Below are positions 39,865 through 53,076 of a stretch of 64,000 nucleotides of DNA, one piece after another. Location: the NCBI GenBank assembly GCA_951406725.2, contig OX597815.1:74524001-74588000 (forward strand). The letters are read 5' to 3'. Source of the DNA: Octopus vulgaris (Eukaryota). Numbering within the stretch: the stretch's first letter is position 1; the number at the start of each line of letters is the position of its first letter. Position numbers and translations under genes: made by a program. A model generated the notes under the pieces. That model had not been told where the DNA came from and searched no databases. It saw only the letters and a list, made by a program, of their open reading frames with translations.

Positions 39865-41130
39865 CCGTAAAAACCCATGTAATTTGCACACATGTGTAAT
39901 TTACGCTGGTAATTTTCAGAATAAAATTTGTTAAAAAAAGCTTCTACTCATCTAAAATTCACACCAAAATGTTTTCAGAATTGCCAATATGGCCAGGGGA
40001 AGAATGTTTTCAATTTAGTTGTATTTAGTATAATTTCACTTACTTATGATTAGATTTTATTAAACTTTCATTGAATAAAAATAATTTCTGTTTAACAGGT
40101 ATCATATTGAAAACTGTTAAATTATTAAGTGTTTGTGTTGTTTATAATGAACTTTATTTTTCATTTCTTGCCCACAAGCGATTGTCTGATCTTTAGCATA
40201 CTGCTGTATGTCTTCTCAAATCATGATCACAGGAAAAGTTGTTGATAAGAATTATCAACAAAAACAAAGCTGATAAATATGCACAGGAGTTGCAAATTAA
40301 TTTTAACTACCAATAAACACCAGCTTAGATGACACTTTACTCAACTGGCAGAGGAAAGCAACTGATTATGCAAACAGAATTCTTTTCTGCCTATTCTTGT
40401 TGGAACCTTTGATACGGAGTATCAAAATTTTATTCCCTTTCACACTTATAAAATGTCAAGCAAATTAAAAAATTTGTCATTACCATTATTGTCAGTATGG
40501 GCAGAACTTATGAATTGCTTATTGCAAAGGAGAATTTAAATATGTTGAATATGCATTTGAATGTGGCAATAGAGCTAGCAGAAGGCATTTTAATGTTAAT
40601 GAAGCCAATGTTTGAAATTTGTATAAACAATACGACAAACTGTGCCTAGTAATAAACACAAAAATAAAAACATACAATCAAGATTATCCATATCATTACA
40701 TTTTTTTCAGTCAGGAATATTCATATTGCTATGTATGTCAATGGTGCTTTATTGTGATAGGTAGAAACCCCAAGCAATGTAAAATATGGCCTAGACCGTG
40801 TTTAACAGCATGAACATCAGACTTCAAAGAGTAGTTAACCATTTAATGGTTTTAGTAAATTTATATTGAAAAAGTAAGCATTATACCATCCAGCATAAAT
40901 AAAAGTCAACTTCGTTATATTTAAGCCATTATTTATTCTGTAAAAACCTATTCTGACATTAAGTGAGTCAATTTCCGATACAAATGTTTGTTTTGTAAAT
41001 TTCTTTTCAACAAAAAAAATTTCAAAACAAAATTCTGGAAATGATCTACTCATGTAATTTATGCACCCCCTTAAGTTTATCTTTATTTTTGCAAAAAAAA
41101 AAGGTGTGTAAATTAGATGAGTTTTTACGG
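39865..41130. mobile_element. pogo/Tigger-like non-autonomous transposon with TA TSD
   Basis: TA-CCGTAAAAACCCATGTAATTTGCAC ... GTGTAAATTAGATGAGTTTTTACGG-TA inverted termini. Confidence 0.75.
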
Positions 41131-42472
41131 TATGTATCAATGACTTGGGGAAATAAAAAAACTGTTGCAGAGTCTTATTTGAGCATTATTGAGGTTCAAA
41201 AGGTGTTCAGAATTGAATCATCTTTCTGGTTAGTATTTAGGGTAAAGTGTTTACTATGTTGGAAAGGTTGCTTGTAATTGTAATGCATTGCATACGTTGC
41301 TTCTTTAAGGAGTTTAATTGTCTGTTCTTCAAGACTAGAAGGGAAAAGGTTCAATACTGTTTTTTTGATATATGTAGTGAAGGAGACCAGCTTATTGTGT
41401 ACCCATTGGAGATAGGTTTGACATGAAGTGTCTAGGCTGCACATGTACAAAGCTTGTATGTAGGAAGATAAGGAAGGGGTAAAGTGATATCATCTGCATT
41501 GAAGTGAAATTTATTAATAATAATAGAAAGCTAAAGGATGTGGCCCACTGTGAGTGGCATTTTTGGGATAATGGCACTTTTGATGACTATTGCTGCAAAG
41601 GAATCACAAGAATATCAGAAAAAAATACCTTGTAGCATTTGTTCCAGTTCTTTTCTTTATGTTCTGAGTTCAAATTCTGCCATAGTCACCTTTGTATTTC
41701 ATCCCTCTGAGGTTGATAAAATATAGTACCTATCAAATACTAGGGTTGATGGTATTAACTAAACCCCTCTCCTAAAAACTGTTCACCTTGTACCTAAATT
41801 AGAAATCTTTATCATGTGTTTTTCATGGGTTGGAGCCAAAGTCAAAGACAATCCAAATTGTACAAACTCTAGTTATGCTACTCTATATGATAAATAAAAT
41901 GGGCATTGAATACAGAAAATTTATGAATTGATGGTCCCACTCTAAGTAGGTCCACAATTTTGGTCAATTTGGCATTTTGTTTTTTCCCTCTAAATAAATA
42001 CGTTAAAATCACCCTGAGCATGGTTTGTGAAACATCAGTCCATTGGATCAGCATTTGTACTGTTGATTCTGTGCTGAGTGTTTGTCTTGTGATCCAGATA
42101 AAAAAAAAACTTCTTTATAAGACACTAGATTGGCAGAGAGTTTAAATCTTGCTTTTAACATCGCAAGGGATTACTCTACTTACCTAAGTCGAGGATTTGA
42201 TATATATGCATTACATCAATTAATGCTAGATAGTTCTGCAGTGAAATGCAGTTCTTATAAAAAAAAATAATGTTTCCGAAAAAAAGGAAGTGACAAAGAG
42301 TTATGTTTTCTGCAGACTGCTTCAAAGACCTTACTTAAGGCATCTATATAATATTTGCAGTAAGTTGTTTTGCATTGCTTACCTTTAGCACCTTAACTAC
42401 TGTCATATTTCTTATATAATAAGATTTATGCTGTTTGACATTTAAAAAATATGTTTTTATTTCTTAGATACA

Positions 42473-42632
42473 ATGAGCCGCCTCTATGATTCCATTGAAC
42501 CAGCAGTTATTGAGGAAGGTATGTTACTTCAAGCAGTTGAAGAACAAGGACCAAAATATGAGGCTGGAGAAATTGTTAAAAAAGAGGGCATTGATTTTGA
42601 TTATGTTCTGCATCTCAGATTAGATTTCAAGA
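42473..42632 (+). CDS. DRC3: Dynein regulatory complex subunit 3 (LRRC48), coding exon 1
   Basis: MSRLYDSIEPAVIEEGMLLQAVEEQGPKYEAGEIVKKEGIDFDYVLHLRLDFK is the characteristic DRC3 N-terminus (EP.V....ML..AV..QGP..EAG...K.EGI.F..V..L.LDF). Acceptor AG at 42466-42467; donor a|GTAAGT; 160 nt, phase 1. Confidence 0.93.
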
Positions 42633-45600
42633 GTAAGTCATGCATTAATTTTTCACTCCTTTATTTCCCTTTCATTCACTAAAGATGGCAAATTGGCAGA
42701 GTTGTTAGACCATCAGCTAGAACATCTCACAGTGTTTGTTCTGCCTCACTGCACTATGAGTTCAAATCCTTTGCTACTCATCTTTTTGGAATCGGTAAAA
42801 AAGTACTAAGTGTTAGATAAGACAAGATGCCTTGCAGTATTTATTTTGGTTATTTGCATTCAGAATGTAAATCCTTTTTACCATAGACACAAAACCGGAA
42901 TTTTTGCAGAGTGGAGGGGGATAATTGGTTACATTGACCTTGGTACTTAATGGTATTTATTTTATAGATTCCAATAGGATGAAAAGCAAAGTTGACCTCA
43001 GCAGCATTTGAACTCAGAACATAAAACCAGAAAGAATGCTGCTGTGCATTTCGTCCATCCATCCAGAATGTAAATAACAAAGACAGATTAAGCCTATCAC
43101 TGAAGTAGACCATGAAAGGTTAAAATTCCACCATGGAATTTGGTTGACTTAACCCTTTGCCTGTCCAAACCATTTCCAAAGTTTGTTCTAAATGTCCATG
43201 CTTGTTTTCAGACTTTTAGCTAGCCCTTGCTTCATACGTTCTGAGTAATATGTGTTCTGGGTAATATAAAGCATTCCTTCCATAAGTCCCAAGTTACTCT
43301 AGTGGTTGAAGAAAACTGGGAATGTGTGGACACCAGGGGAATATGTCATGTGTATCCTATGTGATACACAGGGCAGGTAAAGGGTCAATCCACTATCCAG
43401 TTTAACACCACTTGATGGCATCTTAAATTACTTTCCATACAGAATATAGATAGATAAGGTCTCTGGTTTGTGGATATCTTTCACCATCCTTCTCATCAGT
43501 CTCAGAGGCTCTGTAAAGTGCCATATGTTCTGTCCTCTCCTGACTAAGAAGAGAATAGTGAATCTTTTATTCTAGTTTTTGATGTATATAAAGTATAACC
43601 TGCAAACACTTTAGGTAGAAAACTGATACATCATTGCCTCCTCCTGTTTCAAGTCTCAGACAAACCTCAGTTGTCTATGAGACCAGTATACCTACTCGTA
43701 CAGGATTGACTTTATCATTTATCCTTAATGTCCCTTTTTATCCTTTACATTACCTTAATGTACGCTTTTCCATACTTGCATAGATCAGATGGAATTGGTT
43801 GAGGCAGATTTTTCTATAGTCAGTTAACCTCTCCTGTTGCCAACTCATTTCTTTTCAAATGCAGGAGTATTTCCCTATGCCTGGACATGTTTTAATGGAA
43901 GATTGGAAATGAATAACACTGCTTGTATGATGGTAGAACTTATTTACAACTGTCACACGGTGTCGAGATGAGGAGGCACAAACACACACACACACACACT
44001 CACACACACACACACATACACACACACACACACACAATGGAATCCTTTCAGTTTCCATCTACCAAATCCACTAACTTTTGGTTAGCCTGGGGCTATAGTA
44101 GAAAACTCTTACCCAAGGTGCCATCCAGTGGAACTGAACCTGAAACCACCTGGTTGGGAAGCAAACCTCTTAACCACACAGTTATGCCTGCACCCTGCAG
44201 TATTAGATATTAAGTACAAAAGCTTCAAGATTTACAGCTTTTTTTTTTTTTAATTCAGCAGTATAACATTAGAATGGAAGAATGAAACCATTTTATTCAT
44301 TCAATAGATAATGGAATGGCACTATACATGGCATACAGTGTGTGAGTGTGAAATGCATTGAAGAATTTTCTCAATAAAAGTTTTATCCTTTGTCATGTCT
44401 GATGACATGGAATCTAGTGTGAGTCAACACTGAGGAATGAAGTTTTGTTTTACTATGAATCATGTGGACACTTCTTCAAAAGTATCCTATTTACGTCTGG
44501 TCTATTTTTTCTGTAAAACACTACAAAAAAAATGAAAACAATTGTAATGGAGATAAGCAATGACATAATGCAGATACAAATTCTTGATCAACCAAATCTA
44601 AAGTTTGAAATAGTTGTTTCTCTCTGTTTGGATATATTTCATTTGTTTTATTTTACTTAGTGTTATGAGAAAATATGTAATGGGATGGAAAAGTTTCATT
44701 ATGTATGGAACATGTTTATAGAGTTAGGGATTTGGAACATGACCGAGAGAATTCAGTGATATGGTACTGTTGTCATAATACAACAGCCCATTGCCTTTTC
44801 TATCTGTAGCCTGAAATCATCATCATTATTTTATGTCCATGTTCCATGCTGGTATAAGTTGGATGGTTTGACAAGGATATCTGATGAGCTGAAGGCTTGC
44901 ATTGTGCTCCAATGTCTGCTTTGACATGGTTTCTCCATCCGGAAGTAGGAGAAAGATGTCAGTAACATCTGTAGAGATTGAGGAAGGATTAAAGGGAGGA
45001 GTGCACAAGTTTGGGAGACTACAAGAATGCTAGCAGTAGAGTGGTCACGATGTTATTGATAGTAGAAGGGAGAAGACAGGTGATGTGTTTGGGTTGGCTG
45101 TAGAAGCAGAGTAGTGAGATAAACTGGTGTAATGCACGAGGAGAGACAATTTGGTGGTCCAGGGAGTGGGGATGGCCCACTGTAACATGAGTGTGGAGAA
45201 CAATATTAATGGATGAAGACTGGCTAACAAGTGAGATGGATCTGGACAGCAAGAGAGAAAAGGGGTATCAGGATGGTGGAGAAGAGCAGTGGATGATATG
45301 GTGTGGAGAGGAGGGTGACATGAAATGGGAACTGATTGAATGGAGAGTACTTGTGCAAGAGAGAAGACTGTGCTGGTTTGGTCATGTGATGTGGATGGAT
45401 GTCAACAGCTCCATAAAGAAATGCTGATCACTTGAAGTGGATGAAACTTGTGGAAGAGGGAGACCCAGGAAGACATGGAATGAAGAACTGAAACTCAGAC
45501 ACTTAACCTTTCAGAGGAAATGACAAAGGACTAGGATATCTGACAACTTGCTCTACTCAAGAAGACACATCCTCCACAGCAGAAGTGTTAAGGCCATATC

Positions 45601-47127
45601 CCCTGGTGAAGAGGATTGGCCTGTATGAGTCTTGTGCTAGTGCCACATAAAAAACACTAGTGCCAGTATCACATAAAAGCACCCAGCACATACTGTAAAG
45701 TCATTGGCATTAAGAAGGGCTTCTAAACATAGAAACCAGGCCAAATCAGACTAGAATCTGGTGCAGCTCTCCTGCTTGCCAACTCTGGTTAAACTGTCCA
45801 ACCCATACCAGCAGGGAAAACGGACGTTAAAGGGTGATGATGATGATGATGATGATGACGATACCAGGTATTTGGGCTAAATTTAGCATTATGTTTTGCG
45901 TCTCCTTTTTTCAGAAACATTTTGATATATTGATAAAGTCAATGGTGTTGGAGAGCATAGAGATAAAAGTTGTAGATGAGAAAAAGTTAGCTGACATGGT
46001 AGATTGGAAGCCATCTGGATATTGGAAAAGAGTTACCTGTATCATGATAATTTATGCTGAGTGTCAAAAGGCTGACATCATGACAACTGTTCTGTGAACA
46101 CTGTAAAGGTTGTAAGATGTGTCCCATGTATCATGAAAACTAAGTTCCTCCAGACTATGATGGTCTTTAAGTGTGTCTCTTGTGAAAGTGACATCATGCT
46201 GCTCCCTCCTACGAACAGGGCTTCAGATACCTTTGTGATGATGCTGGAGATTGTGGTTAAACTCTGGCTGGAGAGAGCTTCTGTTGGAAGGCTATATGTG
46301 TGGCAGCAGGATTCAGTCTTACACAACAAATCTCTTTAAATATATATCATCATCATCATCGTTGTTGTCGTTATCATTATCATCATTGTTTAACGTCCGT
46401 TTTCTATGCTGGCACAGGTTGGATGGTTTGACAGGAACTGGTCAGCCAGGGAGTTGGCCAAACCCCATTTGTCTGTTGTGGCATGGTTTCTATGGCTAGA
46501 TGCCCTTCCTAATACAGAGTTTGCTGGGTGCTCTCTATGCATCGCTAGCACAGGTGCATTTATGCAGCACTGGCACAAGTGCATATTATGTGACATCAGC
46601 ACCTGTAAAGGACAAGCCTGTATGTATGGATGACTGTATGTATGTAAGTATGTATGCATGCATACATGCATACTCATACAGTTCTTCCAGAAGTCAATTT
46701 CATCTTGATGAGCAGGTTTTCATGATATCCTGGTCCTTTGTCATTTCCTCTGTGAGTCTCAGGGTGTTAAGGTTAGCCTTCATTACTTCATACCATGTCT
46801 TCCTGGGTGATCCTTGTCCAAAAGCTCTGGCCTTGTTAGTGGATTTGGTAGATGGAAACTGAAAGATGATCATTGTATGTGTGTGTGTGTCTATGTCTGT
46901 CCCTGCACCCACCACTTGACAACCGATGTTGGTGTGCTTACATTCCCATAACCTAGCAATTCAGCAAAAGAAGCCAATAAAATAAGTACTAGGCTTAAAA
47001 AGGAGATAAGTGCTGGAGTCAATCCTTCTGACAAAAATTCCTCAAGGCAGTGCCCCAGCATAGCCACAGTCGAATTACTGAAACAAGTAAAAGATACAAA
47101 GATATAGATACATATCTATTTATATAC

Positions 47128-47158
<31 letters not shown>

Positions 47159-47365
47159 TACATACACACACACATATATATACACATACACACACACATA
47201 CACATATATATACACACACATATATGTATATATATATATATATACGTATATATGCACGCAACTATGTTTTGTGCGAATATGGTGGTGTGTATTTTTTACC
47301 TTTCATACTTTTTCTACCTATTAGAGTAACTTCCCTTTTATTCAACAGTTTTTTTATAGCGTCTA

Positions 47366-47440
47366 TTGTCATTATAGCCGATGAGGATGCATCATAGCTC
47401 TTAGCTCCGACATTTGAAACCTTGAGTCCTATTATGACAA
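47366..47440 (+). ncRNA. Type I hammerhead-like motif with CCGATGA core in DRC3 intron
   Basis: Stem I ttgtcattatag/ctattatgacaa (11 of 12 paired); CCGATGA; stem II ggatg/cattt; GAAA; C-cttga-G; GTC site. Confidence 0.68.
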
Positions 47441-47531
47441 CTTACTGATTGTCCTAAACTATACATATATAAATTCCCCTATTTACCTAATATTGAGGTC
47501 TCATTCTTTTGTTGTCATTTTATTATTATTA

Positions 47532-48087
47532 TTGAGTGAGAGGGCAGTTCATGCCATCAAAGTGACACTGGGGTAAAATATACGAAGCCCAATATACCCA
47601 TCATGACTACCCGTCTGATAAAGGTACACCAGGCACATGCATCACAACCATATGTGCGTGACATGGTGATCTCATATCAAGATAAACAGCACATGACCTT
47701 GCAGGTGGAGCCCAGTTAGAATTTTCTTCAGGTTGAGTAGCCCATCCTGCTCAAAAGGTCCCTGAATAAGGGTTGCTTTAGAATGTTGAACGAAACACCT
47801 ATGTTTCCAGAGGTGAATTATTCAAACCCCAAAGAATCCCTCTCAACACATGGCCATGATGCTCCCCCACTACTTCTGCTCGTGATCAGAGATGCACATA
47901 TCGTCAGCCACTAAGGGACATGCTCAACTGGTTAAGGCCAAACAACTGACAAGCAAATCTGTGGTATTGAGCAGAATATTTGCTGTAGCCCATCTTTTAT
48001 ACCAAGACAAAACAATGTACATGATAACACTTCCAATCAGTTAAGATCAGAAGCCATGAGAGCTACTGCCTGGTACTGCATCAGGGC

Positions 48088-48150
<63 letters not shown>
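47532..48150 (+). repeat. ~560-bp interspersed repeat ending in (ATT)n; second copy inverted at 7667-8220
   Basis: 47535-48090 aligns by eye with the reverse complement of 7667-8220; both are flanked by ATT/AAT microsatellite. Confidence 0.8.
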
Positions 48151-48167
48151 ATATATATACACACACA

Positions 48168-48661
48168 CAGTAATCCCTCGCCTATTGCAGGTGTTATGTT
48201 CCAAAACCCCTGTAAGAGGTGAAATCCGCAAAGTTAAAACAGTACTGTACTGTATATTTTCCATTATTATTTTTATAATTTGTAAATATATTTTTTATTA
48301 TCAATGCAAAACAACATCACAGACTCACCTCCCAAGTTTCATTTTCTATAGAGTATGTGCAATTCTTTGCTTACTCATCTATAGTACACTACGTATTTTC
48401 TTTTAATATAATTTTAGTTAATGTATTATACAGTGTAGTACTGTATTGTATTTCTGTTTATTAATTTATTAATTTTTAGGCATGAAAATGCTTATTTTTA
48501 CCACAGAAACAATTAAAATCTAAGAAAATATAAATACCTATCAACTGCAGAAACCCACAATATACTGAGGATTCTGTGATATAAATTTACATATTTTAGC
48601 AAAAAATCTGCAATATACTAAGGGCACAAAAGGTGAACCACAATATGGCGAGTGATTACTG
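48168..48661. mobile_element. Tc1/mariner (Tigger-like) MITE
   Basis: TIRs CAGTAATCCCTCGCC / GGCGAGTGATTACTG-TA; a related 5' half lies at ~14509-14700. Confidence 0.75.
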
Positions 48662-48878
48662 TATTCTTTTACTCCTTTACTTGTTTCAATCCTTTGACTG
48701 TGGCCATGCTGGAGCACCACCTTTAGTCGAGCAAATTGACCCCAGGACTTATTCTTTGTAAGCCTAGTACTTATTCTATCGGTCTCTTTTGCCGAACTGC
48801 TAAGTTACGGGGACGTAAACATACCAGCATTGGTTGTCAAGCTATGTTGCGGGGACAAACACAGACACACAAACATAT

Positions 48879-48931
<53 letters not shown>

Positions 48932-49952
48932 TATGATGGGCTTATTTGATGGGCTTCTTTCAGTTTCCTTCTACCAAATGCACTCACGAGGCTTTGGTCA
49001 GCATGAGTCTTGGGTCAGCACGAGGCTATAGTAGAAGACACTTGCCCAAGATGCCACGTAGTGGGACTGACCCTGGAACCATGTGGTTCATAAGCAAGTT
49101 ACTTACCACACAGCTACTCCTACGCCTATCTTATTATAGGCACAAGGCCTGAAAGGGAGGCTGCTAGTCAATTTCATCAGCTCCAGTACTCAACTGGTAC
49201 CTAATTTATTGAGTTTGAAAGGATGAAGGGCAAAGTTGACCTTGGTGGCTTTTGAACTCAGAATGTAAAGACAGCCAAAAGGCTGCTAAGCATTATGCCC
49301 GGCATGCTAAATGATTCTGCCAGCTCAACTTATATATGTGTGTATGTGTATGTGTGTGTGTGCCTGTGTGTGCGAGCGCGCACGCATGTGAGTGCAGTGT
49401 TAGCATAGCTAATAAAAATAAAGAGTTTTCCAAATAACAATATGTGAAACTATTTTGAACTATTTCTTCTTTCTGTCGTTCCCTTTTTTGTTCTCTTTCA
49501 TCAGCTGCTTCAAATTATTTCTGTTTTCTCTTTATAGTGGTAGTAGTGGTGGTGGTGGTGGTACTAATTGCATGGGTGGTGGCAGTGGTAGTATTAGTAT
49601 TGGTAGTAGTTGTAATAGTAGTAGCTCTTATGAAATATCTTATGTAAAATAAAAATTATTCCACAGTTGCATTTCAGTCATTTTTGACTGCAGCCATTTC
49701 TGGGGGATACCATCTTGAAGGGATTTTAGTTGAACAAATCAACCCCAGGACTTATTTCTTTAAGCCTAGTCCGTATTCTGTTAGTCTCTTTTGTTCAGTC
49801 CCTAAGTTATGGTGGCTGCAAACACACCAATTCCAGTTGTCAAGCAGTGGTGGGGGACAGATACAGGCACACACACACACACACACACAAATATAAACAT
49901 ACATACATACATACATATATATATACAAACAAACATACATATATATATATAT

Positions 49953-50275
49953 ACAGGGTGTGATGGGTAAGTTGTTGCTATTTTATATTTTTAACTTTGC
50001 GCATTGTTTGCTTTTTGATTTTGTCGACTTCACAGCATAGTAGGGTCAGTTGGGCACCATTTGTGAGAGAAAAAGCACCATGACACAATTCACTCTGCCA
50101 GAAATTTGGAAACGACATGCTATACTGCTTGGCATTTGTACTGGAAGCTCCAGTATGAACAGCTGGTAAACACACAGAACAACTTTTGGTTTGCTGTGCC
50201 CCTAAAACATGTACCGAGAGTGATAAAAATCAAACATCCAGTCAACTTCATGATGTTTGGAGTGATCAGTAGTGA
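49953..50275 (+). mobile_element. 5' fragment of the same Tc1/mariner family as 3059-3757
   Basis: TA-CAGGGTG terminus; shared tagggtcagttgggcac...gcaccatgac.caattcact..ccagaaatttggaaa and KHPVNFMMFGV. Confidence 0.7.
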
Positions 50276-50280
50276 GGCAT

Positions 50281-50312
<32 letters not shown>

Positions 50313-50314
50313 AC

Positions 50315-50364
<50 letters not shown>

Positions 50365-50481
50365 TAGGCTTCTTTCATTTACTGTCTACTAAACCCATTC
50401 ACAAGACTGGTCAGCTCGAGGCTATTGTAGAAGACACTTGCCCAAGGTGCCACACAGCATGACTGAACCCGGGTATATATA

Positions 50482-52621
50482 TATCATTATCATCTTCATC
50501 ATTGTTTAACATCTGCTTTCCATGCTGGTATGGGTTTGATGGTTTGACTGAGGGCAGGCAAGTTAGAAGGCTGCACCAGGCTCCAGTCTGATCTGGCAAA
50601 GTTCCTACGGCTGGATACCCTTCCTAATGTCAACCACTCTGAGTGTGTAGTGGGTGCTTTTTATGTGCCACCAGCATGAGGGCTAGTCAGGCGGTACTGG
50701 TGTTGACCATGTTTGAATGGTACTTTTTACATGCCACCAGCATGGAAGCCAGTCAGCCAGCACTGGCATCGACCACGCTCGAATGGTGCTTTTTATGTGC
50801 CACCAGCATGGGTGCCAGTCAGGTGGCACTGTCATCAGCCACAACAATGACTTCACTTGACTCAACAGGTCTTTGCAAGTACAGTTTATTGCCCAATGGT
50901 TGAAAGGTACTCTTAAATGGGCCGGTTATGCTGCATTGGCATATTCCACAGTTGTGGTCTCACTTGGTTTGCCAGGTCTTCTCAAGCATAGCACATCTTC
51001 AAAGGTCTTGGTCATTTGTCAGTGCTTCCAGGAGGCCCAACATTCAAAGGTTAAGCTTCACCACCTTATCCGAGGTCTTCCTGGGTCTACCTCTTCCGCA
51101 GGCTCCCTCTACTGCTAGGGTGTGACACACAGCTGTCCTCATCCATATGCAACACATGACCATACCTGCACAGTCGTCTCTCTTGCACACCACATCTGAT
51201 TCTTCTTACGTCCAACTTTTCTCTCAAGGTAGTTACACTCTGTTGTGTATGCACACTGATATTACACATCCAGGAAGCATACTAGCTTCATTCCTTGCAA
51301 GCTTACACATGTCCTCAGTAGTCACAGCCCATGTTTCACTGCCATGTAGCATGGCTGTTTGCACACATGCATCATGCAGTTTGCCTTTTACTCTGAGTGA
51401 GAGGCCCTTTGTCACCAGCAGAGTAGGAGCTCTGTGAATTTTGCCCAGGCTATTCTTATTCTAGCAGCTACACTCTCAGAGCATCCACACCTGCTACTGA
51501 CTTGGTCACCAAGGTAACGGAAGCTATCAACTACTTGTAGTTTTTTCCCCCGGCATTTGACGGAAGCTGCTTTCTGCATATTTTCAGTGTTTATTGCCCC
51601 TGAGCATTTGCCACACACAAAAACTATCTTCTCAGTTAACCTTCCTTTGATATTGCTGCACCTCTTATGTGTCCATAGCTTACACTGAGTACGTCTTATG
51701 GAGTTTTTAACTACCCCTTTTCTCCAGATCAGTCAGGGCCATCTACCTGAAGGGATTTGTGGTTTGTCTGCCTTCCTACTTATTAAGATTTTGGTTTTTG
51801 CTAGATTGACTCTAAGACCCTTCAATTCTAGACCATACTTCCACACCTGAAACTTCTCCTCTAGTTCTGATAGTGACCCAGCTATTTGAGCAAGGTCATC
51901 AGCATAGAGAACCTCCCAAGGGCATCCTGTCTTGAATTCCTCAGTTATTGCCTGGAGGACTCTGATGAATAAGAGGGTGCTGAGGACTGATCCTTGGTGG
52001 ATCCCTCCCCTACCTGGAATTCTTCACTGTACTCATTGCCAACCCTCACCTTACTGACAGCATCCCTGTACATGGCTTTTACAGCTCTCACTAATCACTC
52101 ATCTTTTCCTAGTTTCTGCATTGACCATTGGATAAGGGATCGGATGACTTTTCAAAGGCTTTCTCTATGTCAATGAAAGCCAGGTACAGAGGTTTATCTT
52201 TGACTAGGTATTTTATCTGTACCTGCCTTACCAGAAGTATAGCATCAGTGGTGCTTTTCTCTGGCACAAACCCAAACTGCATCTCATCTAACCTGACTCT
52301 CTCCCTAATTAGTTGGGCTATGACCCTCTCCGTGACTTTCATTACCTGATCCAACAACTTGATACCTCTGTAATTATTCGTATCTAATGCATCACCTTTA
52401 CCTTTGTAGCAGTTGACTATGGTTCTGCTACACCAGTCAATGAGTATGACTCCTTCATGTATCACCTGATTGACTGACTATCAGGGAGACTAGACTATAG
52501 CCGACACTGCCAGATATTTTAAGCTTCTCTGCTGTGATTCCTGATGGGCCAGAGGTTTTCCGTCTTCATACTCTTAATTGCTTTATCTATCAAAGTACTG
52601 TCAATTTGGATAGCTGGTCCC
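50482..52621 (-). mobile_element. 5'-truncated, decayed RTE-clade LINE
   Basis: RT motifs YKGKGDALDTNNYRGIKLL, QFGF..STTDAI, LYLAFIDIEKAF, LYADDL (~51890-51910), then a Cys-rich finger, FRYLGD, and MLHGSETW / RRL.RYGHV; 3' (GAT)n tail at ~50482-50500. Confidence 0.9.
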
Positions 52622-52630
52622 TACATACAT

Positions 52631-52691
<61 letters not shown>

Positions 52692-53076
52692 AGTAACAGA
52701 AAGGGAGGAATTTTGATTATCCCCATGTTGTGAGTTGTAATATAAATAATAAATTAAAGAAGGAAAAAAATTATATTAAAACTATGTAAAGTGTGTACAT
52801 TTTACTTCTTTAATTTCTTATATATATATATATGTATGTATGTATATATACATACACACACATACACACACACACACACACATGATGGACTTCTTTCAGT
52901 TTCCATCTACTATAATTCACTCATGAGGCTTTGGTCAGCCGGAGGCATTGGTTGGTCTAAGATTATAGTAGAAGACATTTGCCCAAAGTATCACACAATG
53001 GGACTGTACCTGGAACCATTTGGTTGGGAAGCAAGCTTCTTACCACACAGCCACATACATATGAATATATATATAC

